DNA from: Monocercomonoides exilis PA203
Lineage: Eukaryota > Protista > Preaxostyla
DNA length: 64,000 bases
NCBI GenBank assembly: GCA_001643675.2
Contig: LSRY02000007.1
Coordinates: 1,426,001 to 1,490,000, forward strand
Reading direction: 5' to 3'
In this document: in pieces, positions 24,501-35,295 of the stretch
Numbering within the stretch: the stretch's first letter is position 1
Layout of the letters: each line of letters opens with the position of its first letter
The notes under the pieces: model-generated
What the model was told of the DNA's origin: nothing
What the model saw: only the letters and a program-made list of their open reading frames with translations
The model's database searches: none
Translations under genes and position numbers: made by a program

Positions 24501-27500
24501 CCTCATCATTCACTCCACACACAAAAATCAGCTCGCTGCGATACACAACAATAAGAGGAATAAGATCCACATCTTCAATTGGAAGAGTTTCGTCAATCCC
24601 CCAAATTGCATTCAATCTGCAGTAAGGAGGCTCACGAAAGTCTAAATCAAATTGCTCTTCGCTTATTTGCTTGGTAATTGAAAAGCACTTCACAAATACG
24701 TCTCTTCCAACATGAGCTTTGTTGTTTGAGAAGGTTATGTTTTTGAAATGGAATGGAATCATCTTGCTTTCCTTTGAAAGACAATTCAAAAACACTCCAC
24801 CTCCTTTTCCTGTAATTGCAGAGCATGTAGATATCTTCGTATCATTCACCTCAAATCTTCCTCCCTCCTCCATCTTCACATGCAACGCTCCTCCGCAATC
24901 ACTAGTATCAGCTGCACACGCAGTAAATGATGAATTTGATAGCATAGCATTTGCATCATTGTCCATTGTTGTTATCAATATACAGGCGCTGTTGGTGCTT
25001 TGAGTTACACCGCCAAATAAACAACGTTCAATCATCAGTGTCCCACTAGCTGAATATGAAGACCGATGAAATTCAATAAAAGGCTTAGAAATTTGAGGAA
25101 TTGAAAATAAGCACGAAGAGAGATTCAAATTTCCATTTTTTACAGACAAAAGAATGAAAGACAATATTCCCTCGCTTTGGTGATTGAATGAACATTCAGA
25201 AATGCTCAAGCACGATTCACTGTCCAATGTTTCCATAAGAGCTTTCTGCAAATTGGTGAAAATTGGCGGCAACGAAAAGTTGATTGATGAAAATGATACA
25301 AGGCTTGCAGATATTGCAACTCCAACAGAATTAGCCAATGTCTTATTCACAACCAATCTTGATGATGAGTTTTCTTGCTCTGATTTAACAGTGACATTGT
25401 CCATCAGCACTTCTTCAAGAAGTGAGCTTCCCCCAGATATGAGAATATTTTTTGTTCCCTCACCTTGTATTCTGTTCAATCCAAAGTTCAACGAATTACA
25501 TGGAAAGACCGGCTTTCCACATGCGATGTTATTTATTCCTCTTTCCCCATCTACGAGAATTGTTTCGTTGAAATATCCTGTGATGAATATGAAGAGATTT
25601 TCAGAAGTGACAAAATGAGTCCTATCAAAACCCATTAGCGAATTTTCTCGTTTAGAATGTTCAATGTCCATGGCAAAGCTGAATGACGTTGAATTGACTA
25701 ATTCTGTGAGATCGCTGCAAACAATGAACATGTCTTTACCAATCGCTGCAATGTTATTGATAAAATGCAAATCCTCAAATTTTACCATGTTTGCATTGTC
25801 TGAACAATTCAGAAAAAGGAACCCACCTCTTCCCATTGTATTGCTTTCACATTCGCATCTTCTTGTTTCTGTTTTGTTAACTGTGAGTGCGCCTTTCTCT
25901 TGAAGGGATATTCCCAAAGCTCCTCCCTCATTGCTTCCTTTTGATGAAATAGTTAAAAATGAGCATTGATCAATTAAAACTGGAGTATCAATTGTAGATG
26001 AAAGAATACAAGCCATATTTGAACTGGAAGAGGTAATCCCTTCAAAGGTGCAGGAACTCAGTTTAAGAGATGCAACTTTCTCGTTTTCATTTGTGCATTT
26101 GTTGTTTGTTCCTTCAGAAACAATTGAGATTAATGTGCAATTTGTAAGTTTCACTGAAGAAAAAGAAAACATTCCGAGATCAGCAAGTGCTTTATCAGAT
26201 ATTATCGCAGGGCTTGAACCAAAAGTCATTTGAGACACTGTGCATTGTTCGACTCGAAGAATTCCTCCAAGAACAAGAAGAAGAGAAAATGTGATATCAT
26301 CCTCAGTTTTATTTTCAAATGAGCAGTTCTTCAAAACAAAGTTCGAGTCTTCCTTGTCTGCGGAAGAAATTAGAGAAGATATTGAGACAGAAAAACTTGA
26401 AGGAATGTTGAAGCAGATTCTGTCAAACTCCAAATTATTCTCATTCAACAGCATCACATCTGAACTTCCTGTCTCTACAATGGACTGAAATTCCAATTTC
26501 GCTGTTTCTTCATCCTGTTTAGAGCGTATCATCAAACAAGACAAAATAAACTGGTCTTGGATAATAGTCGATCCATTAATCCTTAATTCCTTTTTTTCGT
26601 TTGTGGCATCAATTGCCAAGTTTTTGTATCCTCTCCAGAACGAATTACATGGAAACACATCATCTCCACATCCCGGATAATCCTTTCCAGACTGACTTAT
26701 TTCGATTTCTAATGATTGCCTTTGCAAGAAAAAATAGGACAGATTCACCGGAGAATCCAGAAACACTGTGGTGTCAATCCCAAAGAAATCAAAATCTCCA
26801 CCATCATCGTTTTTAATATTCACAATCCGACTTGCTGTCACTGATCCATTCAAATCAACACATTGAACAAACATATCTTTCCCCCATTTTGCATCATTCC
26901 CTGACACATTCACTGAATCCAATTGATAATTACTTGTTGAATTTTCGCACATAACCAAATAGATTCCACCGCCCTTTTCATTTGTTGTTCCCACCTTGCA
27001 TTGCTTCAACGACACATTCTTTAAGATAAATCCAACTTCATCTACCAATTCTACTTCCATTGCACCCCCATTCCCAGACTGCCGAGTCATTGTTGAGATG
27101 CACGTATCATTCACAACAAGATCTCCACATTGCTTTGTGATGAATGCATTCAAAGACTGGCAGCCCTCAATATGGCACAAATCAATTGTCACTTTGCCAT
27201 TCTCTGAACTTATAAGAGGCTTTGAAAAGGACAGTTCTGCAGATGAAGTTTCGCAAGTTATTTGGCAAGAAGAAAGAAAAAGAATCCCAGAACTTTCGCT
27301 CATCAGAAACAGCGATGAACTTCTGCAGTACTCATTCGAACCATCGTGAATAAACTTCATTTCCGATGCTTGAAGTTTTCCAGAACTTATTCTGAAAAGT
27401 GCTTCTTCTCCGCTTTTCATCTCTGACTTTATGCTTGTCATCGATGTTCCAGATCCGCTTCCAATAACATTTGAAGATCCAATATCAATTTGGCCTGAAG

Positions 27501-29199
27501 GAAACAGTCCTTCTTTTATCTCGAAACTCATCGATTCTATTTTGGCTCTTTCAATTCCTTTTTTCATTGTCAGACAATTGAATTCATCAAAGTCACTTCG
27601 CCCACAATTATCCCAATCGTAGCCATTTGTTGCAATTATTATCTTATTATTTTTGTTTGGTGGATCAATAACAAAATGTGAAGTCTCCTCTGCAGTTGCC
27701 CAGGCGAATTTCGTTCTTGGTTGAGTACTTATTGAAAGTACATTTGTAGTCACCAAATTCAATTTCCCCTTCCAACTTATATCCGCATAAATATCATTTC
27801 CTTCTCCAGCGGTATTATTTATAAAAACGCAATCAGATAGTGTTGCAGTGATACTATTAACTTGGCCACCATCAAATCTTATTGCCCCTGCATTCAAATT
27901 GGCTCTGTTTGATTTGAACAAGCATGAACTCACTTTGAAATCATTCACAATATAAAAACAATTTAGTGCGCCTGTATATCTTCCCTTTGCTTCATTCAAT
28001 AAAAAATTGCATTCTGTGAGTAGACACGATATTTGCTTGTTAATCTCAACTGCGCCAACACATTCATCTGACAAACATTGCGAAAAGTTGCAAAGAGATA
28101 CTTCAAGTACTCCTGTTCCCCTAATATCAAATGCTCCAGAAGCATGTTGCACTGAACAATTTTGAAATGAAGTGTTTTCGCACTTCCACTTTCCTGATCC
28201 TTCATTTCTGACTGAGGCTGCTCTTGAACCAGATTTTGTTAGAGAACAGTTTTCAAACAAACATCTTGCAGTTGTGAGAGATGCATCCCCAGTCAAACAA
28301 ATTGCTCCACCATAAAGTATTTCTGAACTTTTAAACGAAAAAGTTGTATCATTAAACTCCTTGAATCCTGTGCTGAAATTCGTTCTGGTTGTAACTGCCT
28401 CACAGCTCAAAAATGACGAATTGCAACAGAAGAATGTACTTGTAGCTCCGTCAACGATACATCCCAAATATGGATTCTGAATAGCAATACAATTCACAGA
28501 ATCCAATTCACATCTCTTATCTGGATTCAAATAAGAAAAGCGTTGACAATATTTCACATTGACTTTTTTCTGTGAAACATTAAAAAAGGAGCATTCGCTG
28601 ATTGTGATGGAAGTCAAGGGTGACAGTTGAACAAACGATGTTGATCCTTGAACAAAAGATGAGAATTCTGAATTGTGAACTTCTGCATCAACTTCATCAA
28701 TTCGGTCCATGCTTTTGGATGGAACTTCAACAAGGCTTGGTGCTGTATTAACGTTCTGTGATAAATGAAGCGAAATATTCCAAAACAGAAGCGAACCACA
28801 TTCCCCAAAAAACAATCCACGCTTTTCGTCTTTTGAATGATCTAAGAAGCATGAAGACATTTGAAGCGAAGAGTTGGACTTTGAAGAAATCAAATGACAT
28901 CCCTCTTTCTGCTGAAGTACAAGTTGGTGTATGTAAATTGAAGTATTTATTATATGGAACTCTGATTGGATTTCACAATTGAAGTCGTTCTTCGTCACAA
29001 TATTTTTCGCAATGTAAAACGAGTGTTTTTCCAAATAAAATTCTCTGACTTTAACATCCGCTTTAAAATTACAGCCATGCACGAATTCTTTTGAAGAGTG
29101 TAAAAAATGACGTTCATCTTTGAATTTTTCTTGTGGCATTTGTGCAGTCACAAAAGGAATATTAGAAGATAAAAAAATAACATAAAAGAAAACTGGCAT
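21511..29199 (-). CDS. Large single-pass receptor-like protein: beta-helix/pectin-lyase-like repeat ectodomain, TM, degenerate tyrosine-kinase-like domain
   Basis: 2562-aa uninterrupted ORF. GGAI/FxxN motifs and four G-D/N-x3-CG...C modules, TM WALIVIFIFVMLFLIVLIVSIIFIVRW, and C-terminal LRWKAPE, FSIGMMLWE, PF...RP. Confidence 0.85.
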   Translation of the reverse strand: MPVFFYVIFLSSNIPFVTAQMPQEKFKDERHFLHSSKEFVHGCNFKADVKVREFYLEKHSFYIAKNIVTKNDFNCEIQSEFHIINTSIYIHQLVLQQKEGCHLISSKSNSSLQMSSCFLDHSKDEKRGLFFGECGSLLFWNISLHLSQNVNTAPSLVEVPSKSMDRIDEVDAEVHNSEFSSFVQGSTSFVQLSPLTSITISECSFFNVSQKKVNVKYCQRFSYLNPDKRCELDSVNCIAIQNPYLGCIVDGATSTFFCCNSSFLSCEAVTTRTNFSTGFKEFNDTTFSFKSSEILYGGAICLTGDASLTTARCLFENCSLTKSGSRAASVRNEGSGKWKCENTSFQNCSVQHASGAFDIRGTGVLEVSLCNFSQCLSDECVGAVEINKQISCLLTECNFLLNEAKGRYTGALNCFYIVNDFKVSSCLFKSNRANLNAGAIRFDGGQVNSITATLSDCVFINNTAGEGNDIYADISWKGKLNLVTTNVLSISTQPRTKFAWATAEETSHFVIDPPNKNNKIIIATNGYDWDNCGRSDFDEFNCLTMKKGIERAKIESMSFEIKEGLFPSGQIDIGSSNVIGSGSGTSMTSIKSEMKSGEEALFRISSGKLQASEMKFIHDGSNEYCRSSSLFLMSESSGILFLSSCQITCETSSAELSFSKPLISSENGKVTIDLCHIEGCQSLNAFITKQCGDLVVNDTCISTMTRQSGNGGAMEVELVDEVGFILKNVSLKQCKVGTTNEKGGGIYLVMCENSTSNYQLDSVNVSGNDAKWGKDMFVQCVDLNGSVTASRIVNIKNDDGGDFDFFGIDTTVFLDSPVNLSYFFLQRQSLEIEISQSGKDYPGCGDDVFPCNSFWRGYKNLAIDATNEKKELRINGSTIIQDQFILSCLMIRSKQDEETAKLEFQSIVETGSSDVMLLNENNLEFDRICFNIPSSFSVSISSLISSADKEDSNFVLKNCSFENKTEDDITFSLLLVLGGILRVEQCTVSQMTFGSSPAIISDKALADLGMFSFSSVKLTNCTLISIVSEGTNNKCTNENEKVASLKLSSCTFEGITSSSSNMACILSSTIDTPVLIDQCSFLTISSKGSNEGGALGISLQEKGALTVNKTETRRCECESNTMGRGGFLFLNCSDNANMVKFEDLHFINNIAAIGKDMFIVCSDLTELVNSTSFSFAMDIEHSKRENSLMGFDRTHFVTSENLFIFITGYFNETILVDGERGINNIACGKPVFPCNSLNFGLNRIQGEGTKNILISGGSSLLEEVLMDNVTVKSEQENSSSRLVVNKTLANSVGVAISASLVSFSSINFSLPPIFTNLQKALMETLDSESCLSISECSFNHQSEGILSFILLSVKNGNLNLSSCLFSIPQISKPFIEFHRSSYSASGTLMIERCLFGGVTQSTNSACILITTMDNDANAMLSNSSFTACAADTSDCGGALHVKMEEGGRFEVNDTKISTCSAITGKGGGVFLNCLSKESKMIPFHFKNITFSNNKAHVGRDVFVKCFSITKQISEEQFDLDFREPPYCRLNAIWGIDETLPIEDVDLIPLIVVYRSELIFVCGVNDEGNDAEQCGNSTTPCKSLNYGLSHIISSTFSHLLIYRECEILKGCTANRVSIKSLNPVTYAVVHLRTEISESQILECLLESVETVKFEYISFLFQNGFISTLESIFTQTNGSLVVSSCLFSSADQNMCINQSLFTIVSGSFDMSRTSVKHMITSRPLFELRSSCIGQLQAVEFGELTLGSSLIDACEGSNLIIKEINTSDITIENSSLISVEERTISKMNEENLESSFLIIHSNVSGIRRITPSACSLSSSSFSVFYQISNCSFANQTSTSSNAQILELSNNVSIESSIFEGCQNDTTFIGNSAIEDVCHWNGSIICLTSCTSYMKDTTVANSSKGGISVSKGRLTIEMGMFEGNNPSIERYPSARRNIICDEGGIVDVMSFKGGDGLLPNSSMWILNEGCEMEGIALERTSVLFIPHLERVEQEEAGAEIKLKFIGNLLMPCCLQFQLTTTLNEEKSLHTDKFEDSEYVNESEVVTNIQSSLVKDAPSEAEVSVCVLFGDEKRPLSTQSFILKNKSEPQTNANGKLSKEGSGTVSSWALIVIFIFVMLFLIVLIVSIIFIVRWRRQKERTEELEEIVNDTVKKDPKLIEMVTMEMSPEAQWRRAEREAEKKNEERIKKRVYDSNMEHSESSEHLLSESGSTEYILGRDSDKIPDWVLEKVDEKEEDDASRKRSPSPSISSTSTTDSDSTFVRSESLCPTTSSMSNLVDAMACSSPHEKLIVDLRDSLFMLLHGKNEKKEMAIGTLTEREHTAAQILFWVANGALHSFDEMENPLSSLSNLSPHIVLFSEHMVICIAMHSDCSSDSDSSSISSLTIVSSSSNISAMSERFTDSPPPSSAFEDEDYNLKESLRWKAPELMINKTMMSTNSSVAFSIGMMLWECLSMEIPFGEYEAEIAGKKITNGERPSICTMVKSRFYKLIKQCFAQLPNDRPSLACVKREFFNSFPADAVILTISDAIDLENESSSGKDSKGESEVALSNEIVNIELINEKCSIQK

Positions 29200-29569
29200 T
29201 CAGTTTAATCGATAAAAAAGAAAGAACTGAAAAATTAATTTTGACCCAACATAAATTAATGATGAAAACGGAATAATTACCCAATTTAATATGAACTTAT
29301 AGATTTCGAAAAAAATGCAAAAACATTAATTTTTATAAGACAAATAGATGAGAAAATCTCACGCAACCTTCGAAAATCTTTTCACAATTCCAAGATCATT
29401 TTGAACAACAATGGAAAATCCTGAAAATGACTCATTTAACTCACGTGAAGATACATCTGTGATGGCTTTGATTGAGAAGGATAATGAAGAAAATATTAGT
29501 TAAAAATTTAAATATAAATGAATAAAAAGCGATTCGGAAAACAAAAATTAAAATTTTCATAATTATAAA

Positions 29570-32500
29570 TTATTTCCAAACCTTTTTCAGCCTTCGAACA
29601 ACTGGCTGAGTCTGATTGATTTTCAAAGCTGGATTGTCTTGTTCACTTACTCTAACCACATGCTCTGCATCACTAGCTTTTGAATTCAAGAACGATCGCG
29701 ATAATTCCTTTTCTTCGCGGACTTCACTCGATAAATTTGCATATTCCTGTTTTGTTGATGAGCTTTCAATTTGATGATGTGCACTTATTCCTGAAGACTG
29801 CAGTGAACTCATCATCCGATTTTTCCGCTGAGGTAAATTTTCTGTCAATGACGAAGAATCACCTGCGTTTGTCTTCTTCTTTTTCGCCTTCTTTTTCCGC
29901 TGTGCTGGACGATGCTGTATGCTCAGTGTAGATGCCAGAAGCGAAGTAAAGTTACTTTCCATCGGATTTAACTCCTCTGGAATTGCTTCTCCGCCTTCTT
30001 CTTTTGTCTCTGCATCCACAGCCCCTGCTCCAGTCCCAGTCCCAGTCCCAGCTACAACCTCAGTTTTATCGTCTTCTGTTCTTTTTTCCTCGCTTTTCGC
30101 TGCTTCTTCTTGTTTTCTATCAGATTCGCTCTTTTGCAGCAGCCAGTGGCGATACGGTGTTGGATGAGTGTTCAACAGAGCTGCAGAATTTGACTGACTG
30201 CTCAAACTGCCCTGTAACATCACATTTTGCGTTGAGTCTCCGTCTTTCCCTTTCTTCTTGAGAATCGTCGGCGTAAATGTGCACTCACGCATTTCACGTT
30301 CCTGCAGCTTTCTCTGCGCAATTTGTGCTTTTTGCTCGTTCTGCCGCTGCAATTCAGCTCCCATGCGATACAAGCGCTCGTGAAATGCTGATATTTTTAA
30401 TGAAGAAGAAGAAGAGGAAGAAGTCGATGATGTTGATGATGATAGCGATGATTGCAAAGGAGCAGATAATGCTGATGAAGATGAGGAAGAAGAAGAAGAA
30501 GCCCTGAAAGAAGAGGTTGGCGTTGAAAGTGGAGCAGATGTTGTTCTGTGTGGAGTTCGTAATGATCGCTCTGTTGGTGATTTCAAATGCTTTCTGTCTT
30601 TTCGCTGTGAAAGAGCAGAAGCATCTCTCTTTTGCCTTCTTTCTGTCTTTGGAGAAAGTTTGTCATGCGAAAGAGCGCTTTTATCAGAATATGAGCTTGT
30701 TGTCGCTGCTAAGTCAGATGAAGAAGCAGAACCAGAAGAAGAAGCAGATGCAGATGCAGAAGCAGAGAGCGATCTGTGCTGCTCGATCTTCTTCTGCCTC
30801 ATCTGGTTTCTCTTCACCGTCTGCTGGAACTTCTTCAGTCTTTCTTCCGCGCTGACTGCCGATGCGCCAAACAAAGTCGCCCCGAACGCCTCAGAAGGCT
30901 GAAGCGGCGACGTCAGCAGCGCTTTTGTCTCCAGCGGGTTGCGCTCGAACATCGGCGGGATGCGGTCCCAGTTGCTTTCGCGCTCTTTCCTCTTCTTCTC
31001 TTCCGCCTTCGCTTGCTGCAGCAGCTCGTCGATGCTCTGGGGCTTGTCTTGTTTTTGGTAGCCCAGCGTTCTTTTGAAGGGGGATTTGGGTGTGGATTCT
31101 TTGGTTGATGCGAGAGTGTCTCCAAGTGAAGAAGAAGAAGAGGAGGAGGAGGAAGATGAAGCCGAGAAAGCGGAGGAAGAAGAAGAAGATGCTGAAAGTG
31201 AAGCAGACTGCTCCAGCTCATTTTCTTTTTCCTTTTCCTTTTCCTTTTCCTTTTCATTTTCATTTTCCTCTGCATTTTCCTCTGAACCTTCTTTTCCGCT
31301 TGTCAAATCACTCGTTTTCGCTTCATCTGCCAAAGCAGCATTCACTTTGTGTCTTCTTGGCCGCATCGCATTTCGCACTTTCTTCTTCAATTTCTCTTTT
31401 TCTTCCTCCAACTTCCTTTTTTTCTCCTCCTCTGTCTTTGTCAGAAACTGATGATACAATCTGTTCCCTGCGAATTTCCCGCTGCCTCCTTCAGACCCTG
31501 CCCCGTCTGCCCTCCGCCTCTCTTTCATCATCTTCTCGCTTTTCTCGTCTACTTTGGGCTTCGCCTGCTCCGCCAGCTTTTTCATTTCCTGCTCTTTCTC
31601 TTTCTTCTGCGCCTCGTTCGCTCTGACCCACGCCTCGTACAGTCGTTTTCCGGCTTCTTCGGATGAGAAATTCCCTTCTTTTGCCTCCTTTTCGATTGCT
31701 TTCTTTGTCTTCTTCGTCTCCAGCTGCGGCTGAAACATCTTCTTCCGCTCTTTCTCTTCTTTCTTTTGTTCTTCTTTCGCTCTCTCTTTCTCCTCTTTCA
31801 TCTTCTGCAGCCACAGCTCATACATCTTCTCTGGTTTTCTGTCAAGTTTCTTCGACTCTGGGTTTATTTGCGGCTTGTTTGTATACAATTTTTTCTCATT
31901 CTCTTCCAGCTCTTTTCGTTTGGCTTCTATCTCCTGCTGCAGCTTCTTCTGATAGTCGTTTGTCTTCTGAATGATGCTCGGCGAGTTCTGTGAGATTTTC
32001 ATGCTTTTCGCATTCAGTGCGGGTTTTGCACTTTGCTTCAATCTGTTTTGCTCTTCTACTTCTTTCTTCCTCCTCAGCTCGTCGATTTGCTCCTTTTTGC
32101 GCTCGGCATCGTGGAAAAGGTTCTCAAACGTCGCTTTTTGGCTGCCGTGGCGGAAGAAGACGGTGGAGCTGAACAAAGAACTGGAGAATGGTGAAGAGGA
32201 TGTAGATGACAATGAAGAAGAAGATGATGATGATGATGAAGGAGAAGAAAGAGCTGCAGATGTTGTTGTGTTGTTAAGATGGCTCCTTCGTGGCGGCGAC
32301 TGCTCAGCCGCCAGCTTGCGCGCATATGGCGATATGGTTGGCTGGAAAGGCGGTGTAAAATGCTGAAGTGGAAGCGAAGTGAAGCGATACGCTCGGCCAG
32401 ACGAGGAAATCGAAGAGGAAAGATTGGATGCGCCTTGAGAATGAGTTGATTGCGAAGATGTGTTTGTGAATTCGTTCTGTGTTTTGCTTTGATCCACTGA

Positions 32501-35225
32501 AGGATCTGCGACTCCATTTTCTTCATCTTCATATGCTTCTTCAACCTCTTCTTCCTCTTCTTCCTCTTCTTCTTCCTCCTCCTCTTCCTCTTCAGACATA
32601 CTTGTATTTTTTGATCCATCTTGAATTTTCCCATCTATTTGCTGTCTTTGTGCTATTTTGCCATCAAAATCTGCTTCAGAATCACTAAAATGCTGAGAGT
32701 CGTCAGCAGGAGGAGTCAAAAGAGGCTCGAAGTTGCTTTCAGAAGGAGAAGATGGAGTGTGAATTGGTGTCTGAGAAGGCAGAGAGGATGTGGAAGGAGA
32801 ATCAGAGCGACTTGGCAGTGAGTCAGATCCAGAAGATGAAGTTGATTGTGAGAAAGGTTGTGAATTGTCTGGATGATTAGAAGAAGAAGAAGAGGTTTCT
32901 GGTGAATTGTTTGGATGAAGTGCAGGAGGTGGTGGAAGCTGAAGGCGAGAAAGAAACAGCGGCAAAGCATCGCTTTGCAGAGGAGGTGGGGTGGAGCGGT
33001 TTTGCAACGGCGAAGTGGAAGAGGGAGAAAATGATGAAGTGTCTGCAGGAGAATGAGGGAGCGGCGGAAGTGGAGAAGAAGCAGAAGAAGTGGTGGCAGA
33101 AACAGAAGCAGAAGCAGAAGCGGATGAAGTGTAGAAGTGAGAGGGAGGCGATGGAGGAGATAGATCTATCCCCATAAGAGGAGAGAGCATAGAGAAGAAC
33201 AGCGATCCGTTTGAAGTGTTTGACTTAGTGCCAGCTGAAGCAGCTGGGCTCGAAGGAAGAGAAAATTGTGAATGAGGCGAATTGGAAGCGCGTGATATTG
33301 GCGGAGGAGGAGTGGGCAGGGAAGACGGAGTGGCTGATCCTGCCTTCTCAGCCGATGATGAGAAAGAGGCAGAGGAAGATGCAGGTGGTGGAACAGATGG
33401 GACGGAAGGTGTTGGCGAAGGGAGATTAGAGCCGGAGTCTGAGGAAGGATAAGGAGGACTGTTGTACGGAGAAAAAGTGAGTGAGGGCGGAGAGACAGGA
33501 ATCGGAGGGAGCCCAGCAAATGGAGAAGGAGGCGACGTTGGCTCTGATGAAATGGCGATGGAGCCTTCCTCTTCCTCTTCCTCTTCTTCTTCTTCTTCTT
33601 CTTCTTCTTCGTATTCCTCTTCGTATTCTGATTCGGACATATCTCCGTTTTCTCCTTCGTTTGGCAAACTCTGCAATCCATCTTTATTATAAGGCTGTTG
33701 TGAAAGATCGTGTGAATAAGCTTCATCAACTTCTGTGTTATTGTCACTTTTTCTTGGATTTTCTTGCCCGTTTTCTTCTGCTCCTTTCTCATCTGTTTCT
33801 TCCTCTTCCTCCTCCTCCTCTTCTTCCTCCTCTTCCTCAACTTCTTCTTCTTCGATTTCTTCTTCTTCGTTCGCATTATCCTCAACAAAGTTGTTTCTCT
33901 GGGCATTCGTTTTGTTTTCTTCATTCAATGAGCTGAAAGCTGTTGTCTTTGATGGAATAAGATCTTCGTCAAATCTGGTTCTTTCATTTCCGGTACTTTG
34001 GTTGTTATCTTTATTAAGGATTCCATCTTCTTCTTCCTCTTCCTCTTCCTCCTCTTCTTCTTCCTCTTCCTCTTCCCCTTCTGCGTATTCATTATTTCCA
34101 TCTTCAACTGCATTGCTGCTGCCTTGTTTCCCTTCAGAAGCATTTTCAGATCTTCTCGATTTTTCTCTATTTCTGTCATCTTCATTATCTTCTTTTGCTG
34201 GTGATAAAAGTGCATCACCTGCGAAGCTTTCCGCTGCAGCTGTGAAATTTTTGCTTGAATCTCTTTCGTTTTCTGATTGATTCACTTCTTTCTTGTTGTT
34301 TTCATCCTTTTCGTTTTCAGTTTCTTCCTCTTCTTCTGTTTCTGTTTCCTCTTCCCATTCTTCACTTGTCTCATTTTCATTTCCCTTTTCAGATAAAGAA
34401 GGTTTGCTTTCATCATTTTTTATTGCATCTATTTCTTCCTTGCTCATTTGGAGATAGTTTAGCAAAGCATTAGCCTTTGATGATATGTCAGCCTCCGAAG
34501 AAGTTGAAAGCTCAGTCAAACATGATGTCAATGGTTTCAATCGTTGGGGATCGATTTTTGTTTGGCACACAGCAATTAACATACTTAAAGTTCCATTTTT
34601 ATACATTACGCTTATTGATGGATTTGTCAAAATATCAGGTAAGTTCGAAAAGTATGGAGTTGACAGAAAAGTATCCACAAATAGTGGATATTGCTGAAAT
34701 AATGTTATCAATGACGAAAACGAAGAAAAGGAAATATCAGTAGAATTGCTCTAGTAAATATATCAAAAATTACGCAATTTTTATTCAAAAAAATTTGTGA
34801 AAACAAAAAAGTTTATACTTTCGCATATTTCAAAAGTAAACTAACGACTACAAATGCAGATTGCTCTAATTTCCCTGTTTTAGCTCGAAATGAAAGAAAT
34901 GTTAGAATGCCAATGCATGCTTCCTGAACAATAAAAAAATTAGTTGCGAAGAAAATCAAAAATGAAATCACACAGAAAGGTCACTTGGCTGCGTTTCTTT
35001 AAACACATTTAAAACTACAACTAGTTCCTCCTTTTCTAAAATGACTTTTTCATGTTCTGATTCTATGTGAACGAAAAACAATTTGATATGAGCGTTTTTA
35101 TAAAAAATGAAATAATTGCTTGCCAAACTTTTTGTGACCAACAAAAACAGTTGCTGAGCTGCATCATAACGCTCTTGCATCGATCCTTGTTGGATTTGTT
35201 TAACTAGAATAGATGCATCCTGCAT
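29570..35225 (-). CDS. Large hypothetical protein: helical/ARM-like N-terminus, Glu- and Ser/Pro-rich tracts, RLY...KPxIN/CTFxP repeats; several 5' introns
   Basis: 1713-aa ORF plus upstream exons starting MQDASILVKQIQQGS (ATG 35225). Repeats KPALNAKS, KPQINPES, KPKVDEKS and ECTFTPTI, with RLY motifs. Confidence 0.7.
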
Positions 35226-35295
35226 TGTGGCCAAATTTTATTCGAATGAAATGAAAATACATAAATAATGGATACAATTTTTTTTAAATGTGCGA
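35226..35295. promoter_or_regulatory. Very short bidirectional promoter region
   Basis: 70 bp between divergent inferred ATGs (35225 on minus, 35296 on plus). Confidence 0.5.
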
